DNA of 1,017 nt, from NCBI GenBank assembly GCA_000004985.1, contig GG739615.1; one strand, given 5' to 3'. Under the pieces are notes generated by a model. It was given only the letters and a program-made list of their open reading frames with translations. It was not told the origin of the DNA and ran no database searches. Of the stretch, positions 1 to 1,017 are shown piece after piece (positions within the stretch are counted from its first letter, which is position 1; each line of letters starts with the position of its first letter). This stretch comes from Naegleria gruberi. Lineage: Eukaryota. Made by a program: the position numbers and the translations under genes.

Positions 1-161
1 ATTTATATTTTCATTTAATTGATTTAAATTTGAATTTAAATTATTTATATTTAAATTATTAAAAATATTATTTAAATAAATTGTTTGATTAATAAATGGA
101 TAAATTGATTGTAAATATAAATCATTAACATTATCAGCAAATATTTTAACTATATTTCCAC
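1..161 (-). CDS. Probable exon 3, partial, running off the window at position 1. It is an ATG-less open frame encoding (G)GNIVKIFADNVNDLYLQSIYPFINQTIYLNNIFNNLNINNLNSNLNQLNENIN...
   Basis: The minus-strand frame with codon high-ends at 159, 156, ... 3 has no stop across 53 codons. In DNA this AT-rich that is improbable by chance, since TAA, TAG and TGA together would be expected roughly once per 10 codons. The + strand has stops in all three frames. The part at 100-161 has diverse codons (GGT GGA AAT ATA GTT AAA ATA TTT GCT GAT ...), typical of coding sequence. There is no Met, so an upstream splice acceptor is required. Confidence 0.4.
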
Positions 162-246
162 CTATTTTTAGTAATTTATAAATTAATTAAAAAATTAAAA
201 AAATTAAAAATTAAATATTTTTTAATAAAAAAAAATAAAAACAAAC
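162..246 (-). other. Candidate intron 2, 85 nt, GTTTGT...TACTAAAAATAG. The donor is non-consensus, so this is uncertain.
   Basis: Minus-strand sequence 246->162 is GTTTGTTTTTATTTTTTTTTATTAAAAAATATTTAATTTTTAATTTTTTTAATTTTTTAATTAATTTATAAATTACTAAAAATAG. Positions 176-241 are 100% A+T. The track's C-terminal FLFFFIKKYLIFNFFNFLINL uses only F, L, I, K, N and Y, which is exactly what translating pure A/T sequence produces. The only AG in the region (163-162) is preceded by a TACTAA-like branch motif. With the GT at 246-245 it gives a phase-1 junction, G|GT = Gly, that reads straight into the open frame at 1..161. Confidence 0.4.
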
Positions 247-562
247 CCTTTGAAATATCATTTGCAGAATTTAAAAAAGTTTCAAAAGTTTTAGAAATAG
301 TTTCAAATGTTTTTGAAATAACTTGACCACTTCCAATTCCATAAGAAACTGTAAAAATAATTCCAATTAAACTTCCAATTACAATTAAAAATATTAAAAA
401 TGAATAAATTATAATGATAAACATTTGATTACTATTTGTATATTCCTTTTTAGTAGATGATGATCTAACACAACATAATCTTCTAATAATATAAAATATT
501 ACAAATGTTATTGTAATTAAAATACCAATTAATATTATAACTCCGCACATAATAAGTGCGAA
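247..562 (-). CDS. Exon 2. It encodes two transmembrane helices, a cytoplasmic RRLCC loop and a tandem SKTFET repeat. If intron 2 is not used, the CDS instead continues to a TAA at 176-178.
   Basis: The translation is FATIMCGVIILIGILITITFVIFYIIRRLCCVRSSSTKKEYTNSNQMFIIIIYSFLIFLIVIGSLIGIIFTVSYGIGSGQVISKTFETISKTFETFLNSANDISK(G). The two hydrophobic stretches of about 23 and 30 residues map to nt 485..556 and 332..424. Composition stays coding-like down to about 247. From 241 down to 176 the + strand contains no G or C at all. Confidence 0.5.
278..319. repeat. Imperfect 21-bp direct tandem duplication (agtttcaaaagttttagaaat / agtttcaaatgtttttgaaat, 19 of 21 identical) inside exon 2. It encodes the duplicated peptide ISKTFET-ISKTFET.
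   Basis: Read directly from the + strand at 278-298 and 299-319. Each unit contains an inverted repeat of tttcaaa and tttgaaa; the copy in unit 2 (301-318) is perfect, 7 bp with a 4-nt spacer. Confidence 0.6.
544..560. other. GC-rich 5-bp inverted repeat, CGCAC-N7-GTGCG. In the mRNA this hairpin would sit just 3' of the intron-1 acceptor and enclose the ATG that the ORF track picked.
   Basis: On the + strand cgcac is at 544-548 and gtgcg at 556-560, with loop ataataa between them. It is the only GC-rich palindrome in an otherwise roughly 80% A+T window. Confidence 0.3.
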
Positions 563-629
563 CTATTGTAATCATTTAAATATATTATTAAATATTTACT
601 ATTTAAGTAATAATAAAAATAAAACATAC
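563..629 (-). other. Intron 1, 67 nt, GTATGT...ACAATAG on the minus strand. Spliceosomal and dictyostelid-type.
   Basis: Minus-strand sequence 629->563 is GTATGTTTTATTTTTATTATTACTTAAATAGTAAATATTTAATAATATATTTAAATGATTACAATAG. Removing it joins codon TAT (632-630) to TTC (562-560), which is exactly the frame of ORF 176..550. The open frame of that ORF in fact begins at 562 (F-A-T-I-M...), immediately after the TAG of the acceptor. A 52-bp gap between two same-strand ORFs is too short for a terminator plus a promoter. Confidence 0.55.
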
Positions 630-1001
630 ATATGAATATCTAACCCAAGAACATAAATCTAAATTATTTGGAGTTTCACTTTGAACAGATTTAAAATCAC
701 AATTTTTAAACCAATCTTGCCAAGTAGAGACATCACCATTATTATTAGTATTATTATTTGATGATGATTGTTGAATAGTAGTATAATAATCCAATGATGA
801 TGTTAATAATTCCATACTTGAAATAAATAAATTATTAGTAAATTCATGATAATGATGATGGAAAGATGATGATGAAATTAATTGATTTTCATATTGTTGT
901 TCTTCATGACCATTAGTGAATGTTATTGTTAATAATACTAATACTACTACTAATAACAATAAAACAGTCAATGATATTCTTGATAATGTTGGTGATATCA
1001 T
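630..1001 (-). CDS. Exon 1 of a minus-strand gene. It encodes a signal peptide plus a low-complexity ectodomain of 124 aa (MISPTLSR...SWVRYSY) and ends in phase 0 at a GTATGT donor.
   Basis: ATG is at 999-1001 (cat on +). The N-terminus MISPTLSR-ISLTVLLLLVVVLVLLTITF-TNG has the n-region, h-region and small-residue cleavage site of a classic signal peptide. The frame is open down to 630, and the next minus-strand bases (629-624) read GTATGT. The 8 residues VCFIFIIT that the ORF track adds (606-629) come from roughly 90% A+T sequence and look like intron read-through. Codon usage is Dictyostelium-like. Confidence 0.6.
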
Positions 1002-1017
1002 TGTGTGGTTGAATGGT

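Noticed and set aside
1-175. A + strand ORF or promoter of a divergent gene in the left part of the window.
   Set aside because: All three + strand frames hit stops within the first 60 nt. The minus strand is open throughout.
176-245. Poly(A) signals or a terminator (AATAAA-like motifs, A/T runs) marking a gene end.
   Set aside because: In DNA with about 100% A+T such hexamers occur by chance, so they carry no discriminating information here.
176-246. A genuine hydrophobic C-terminal tail GLFLFFFIKKYLIFNFFNFLINL ending at the TAA at 176-178, possibly a third TM helix.
   Set aside because: The DNA here has no G or C over 66 nt, so the peptide is what any pure A/T read-through gives. A phase-compatible acceptor and a downstream open frame offer a better explanation. 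It is not fully excluded, because the GTTTGT donor is weak.
599-629. A 31-nt intron, GTATGT..AAATAG, as the constitutive intron 1.
   Set aside because: It is shorter than the spliceosomal introns expected in dictyostelids, and it places a TAA immediately in frame. I kept it only as a possible minor alternative acceptor.
176-1001. Two independent small genes (a 132-aa and a 124-aa protein) in tandem on the minus strand, as the ORF track suggests. In a prokaryote this could be read as a two-gene operon of small hydrophobic proteins (holin-like or toxin-like).
   Set aside because: The 52-bp gap has no room for eukaryotic promoter and terminator signals. A canonical GTATGT..AG intron removes it in frame. 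The composition, low-complexity Asn/His/Ser tracts and pure-A/T spacers are eukaryotic, and no RBS-like purine tract precedes either ATG.
1-1017. A ciliate (Tetrahymena or Paramecium) origin with TAA and TAG coding for Gln.
   Set aside because: Every Gln is CAA, and both ORFs terminate at TAA exactly where low-complexity or intron-like sequence begins. There is no need to read through any TAA or TAG.
1-1017. tRNA, rRNA, CRISPR repeats, IS elements or terminal inverted repeats.
   Set aside because: I found no GC-rich cloverleaf-capable segments, no regularly spaced direct repeats and no long inverted termini. The only repeats are the 21-bp in-frame duplication and short trinucleotide runs inside coding sequence.

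Overview
The window is about four-fifths A+T by eye, and its non-coding spacers are close to 100% A+T. The codon choice (CAA for Gln, CCA for Pro, GGT for Gly, TCA for Ser, AAT for Asn), the Asn/Ser/His low-complexity tracts and the short, very AT-rich GT..AG spacers all point to a dictyostelid (Dictyostelium-like) nuclear genome rather than a prokaryote. I see no rRNA, tRNA, CRISPR, IS element or prokaryotic signal. The whole window appears to be one minus-strand protein-coding gene. The two ORFs in the track (603..1001 and 176..550) are most likely exons of that gene, not separate genes. A 67-nt GTATGT...ACAATAG intron (563..629) joins them exactly in frame. The predicted product has an N-terminal signal peptide, a His-rich and Asn/Ser-rich low-complexity ectodomain, a short Trp/Cys-containing segment and two transmembrane helices flanking an RRLCC loop. 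I do not recognise the family. The last 23 residues of ORF 176..550 are read from DNA that is 100% A+T and are probably an artefact. A candidate 85-nt second intron (162..246) connects in phase to an ATG-less open frame that runs from 161 to the window edge at position 1, which I take to be a third exon. All of this was derived by hand from the sequence; no searches were possible.
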